This document shows positions 60,939-63,024 of a stretch of DNA of 63,024 nt, piece after piece; within the stretch, counting starts at the first letter, position 1, and each line of letters begins with the position of its first letter. The stretch covers positions 1 through 63,024 of the forward strand of contig NJBH01000021.1 of NCBI GenBank assembly GCA_005223125.1. The letters are read 5' to 3'. Source of the DNA: Promethearchaeota archaeon Loki_b32 (GTDB taxonomy: Archaea > Asgardarchaeota > Lokiarchaeia > Sigyniarchaeales > SOKP01). Both the position numbers and the translations under genes were made by a program. Under the pieces are notes generated by a model. The model saw only the letters and a program-made list of their open reading frames with translations. It was not told the DNA's origin and made no database searches.

Positions 60939-61496
60939 TTGAAAAAGAAACAAAAGAATTTTGAGAAATTTCATTCACAATTAGATTTACCATTTTTAGA
61001 GACAGATAATGAATTTATAAAAGAGATATTTCAAACTCTTGAGTTTGAATTTGGCTTGAAAAGTAACTCAAAACAAAAATTGATTGATTTAGGGGTAGGA
61101 AATGGAACCATTGTGATTTTTTCTGCTTTAAATCATAATATTAAATCCTATGGAATTGAAATTAATCAGAAATTAATCAATGAGGCAAAAATCCGAATAA
61201 AATCATTGAAAAAAGAAGGTAATTATAAAAAGAAACTTTTTAAAAAAATAAAAATTAAGCAGGGAGATTTTTATTTACTTAATTTAAAATTTTATGATTT
61301 TATTTATATCTATTCTTTACCTACGATGCAGAGATATCTTAAACATGTATTTAATACAGCAAAAAAAAATGCAGTTATTATTTCTTTTAAATATCAACTA
61401 AAAAATTTTAATTCTATATTTACGCTTCAAAAAAGATTAATCCTTAATAAAAATAAAAAAGAATTTAGCACGTTTTTTTATAAAAAAATTTCATAA
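60939..61496 (+). CDS. Class I SAM-dependent methyltransferase
   Basis: IDLGVGNG, GIEIN, GDF. Confidence 0.85.
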   Translation: MKKKQKNFEKFHSQLDLPFLETDNEFIKEIFQTLEFEFGLKSNSKQKLIDLGVGNGTIVIFSALNHNIKSYGIEINQKLINEAKIRIKSLKKEGNYKKKLFKKIKIKQGDFYLLNLKFYDFIYIYSLPTMQRYLKHVFNTAKKNAVIISFKYQLKNFNSIFTLQKRLILNKNKKEFSTFFYKKIS

Positions 61497-61661
61497 AATC
61501 GAGAGTATTACCAGCGAAATTCTAACTTAAAAGTAATATTTCTACAAATAATATATGCTTTTAATACAGCAAAAAATATAATTATAAATAAAATCAAAAT
61601 AAATAAATATATAATTTTAAAAATTGAATAATTTATGCTATAAAATAAGGTGTAATATGAA

Positions 61662-62363
61662 ATGGTAATTCATTTTGAAGGTATATTAGATGGAACAACG
61701 GCAACTTTAATTATTCTTTCTTCAACGATTTTTGGGTTATTATCATTATATAAATCAATAAAATTAAAGGCTAAACTTCTTACTATAGCAGCATTGATGA
61801 TGTTTTTTGTTGGCTGTTTATGGTTAGGACCAACAGTAGATTTTTTTATGGTTTTATTGTCGGGGGAGAATATTAGTCCAATTGAAGTGTATTCCTTATT
61901 AAGTTATCTTTGGGTTGCTCCCGCGTTGATTTTCGCGATTTGGCTTGGTGGTGAGCTAATTTTTCCGAAAAGAAAATGGATTTTCGTTGGGATTTTTATA
62001 GTCTTAGGAGTAATCTTTGAATACTTTTTATGGTTTCAAACAGATGCTTCATTTACATGGGAATTAGTAAATCCAGGTGAAGATTTAATAGATGCTCATT
62101 TTGTACGAACTCATCCAACATTTTTAATGATTGCTGTTTTTCTAGTATCCGCACTTGTGTTTTTAGGTATTGGTTTTGCAATAAAGGCGAAGCAATCAAC
62201 AGGACAATTGAGAAGAAAATTTACGTATTTGTCTATAGGAAATATAATATTTGTATTATGCGGTGCTTTAGATTCAATTCTTACAATACCTCTTGCTATA
62301 GGGGTTGTTAGAATCGTAATGGCTACGTTTGCTTTATGGATGTATTTGGGTTTGAAAACCTAA
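61662..62363 (+). CDS. Multi-pass (about 7 TM) membrane protein
   Basis: Seven hydrophobic segments; AGGTG SD-like motif upstream. Confidence 0.75.
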   Translation: MVIHFEGILDGTTATLIILSSTIFGLLSLYKSIKLKAKLLTIAALMMFFVGCLWLGPTVDFFMVLLSGENISPIEVYSLLSYLWVAPALIFAIWLGGELIFPKRKWIFVGIFIVLGVIFEYFLWFQTDASFTWELVNPGEDLIDAHFVRTHPTFLMIAVFLVSALVFLGIGFAIKAKQSTGQLRRKFTYLSIGNIIFVLCGALDSILTIPLAIGVVRIVMATFALWMYLGLKT

Positions 62364-62434
62364 AAGAGTTTAATTAATTTTTCTTTTCTTTTTTTTATTT
62401 TTTATATCATTCAATAACCGTAGTCCATAAAGAA

Positions 62435-62918
62435 TCAAGCTTCATTAAGTTTTATAACGAGTTCTTTCAAATACAATTTCATGAAATATCTTTGATTATT
62501 ACAAAAATCAAGTTTCTGTATATTATTCAATTCCGGGCAATTAGATAAAATCGAGTGGATATCATTTGATATGGCTAGATATTCATTTTTAGAGTCGTTT
62601 AAATCATAATCCAATGTTTTAAATTTATTATTATGAATTTTCTCAATACTGAATTCCTTCTGTTCAGTATAATTCTCAATTGAAAGATTATTTTTATATT
62701 CACTGAGAGAAGAAATTAATAATTCTGAAATGTAACTAAAAGATTCTTGAGAGTTTATATGGTTAAATAACTCCGAGACAAGTTCAGTAATTACATTATT
62801 ATTTTTATTTTGAAGTCTGTTTTCATTGAAATTTTCTCTTTTTAATAGTGTTGGATTTTTTTCTGATGCTATTTCAGTATGTTCTTTATTAATAAAGCCT
62901 TTTGAAATTATATTTCAT
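62435..62918 (-). pseudogene. 159-codon open frame with its ATG one base out of frame
   Basis: Frame 62914..62435 is stop-free (NIISKGFINKEHTE...KLNEA*); ATG at 62918 is followed by one extra A. Confidence 0.5.
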
Positions 62919-63024
62919 CTCAGAGAAAATTCAATTTGATATATGAAAAATCAATTTGGTATTTAAAAAAAAAGCCTCTCTGAATTTAGTGGAAATTTGA
63001 ACAACTAGAAGTTAGATTATATCG

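Noticed and set aside
61350-61576. 17-nt direct repeat TTTAATACAGCAAAAAA
   Set aside because: Low complexity, only two copies, no associated element
1-63024. CRISPR arrays, rRNA genes, transposases or integrases
   Set aside because: No regularly spaced repeats, long GC-rich RNA genes or recombinase motifs were seen

Overview
Very AT-rich archaeal DNA. Gene content (archaeal histones, rps8e, SRP19, proteasome beta, archaeal GluRS, longin-like, PCI-like and JAMM proteins) fits an Asgard archaeon, probably Lokiarchaeia; the taxon is inferred. The main discovery is short bulge-helix-bulge (BHB) introns inside protein-coding genes. One is a 32-nt intron (21006-21037) near the 5' end of an FAD-linked oxidoreductase. 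The other is a 30-nt, stop-containing intron (38059-38088) in one of two tandem histone genes, whose intron-less twin lies about 0.9 kb away. Cutting at the canonical endonuclease positions restores full-length, in-frame proteins in both cases. A tRNA-Pro(GGG) has a third 30-nt BHB-like intron at the non-canonical T-loop position 58/59, so a relaxed-specificity tRNA splicing endonuclease may also process mRNAs here. A second notable locus is a six-gene ABC-2 operon with a prenyltransferase-repeat/ABC-ATPase fusion, a UBC/RWD-like plus dead-ATPase protein and a longin-TM protein. The window also has a rearranged duplicated acyl-CoA cassette with a deletion junction, several pseudogene remnants, a 1469-aa membrane-anchored coiled-coil protein, tRNA-Arg(GCG) and ordinary metabolic genes. 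Family calls come from motif recognition, not database searches.
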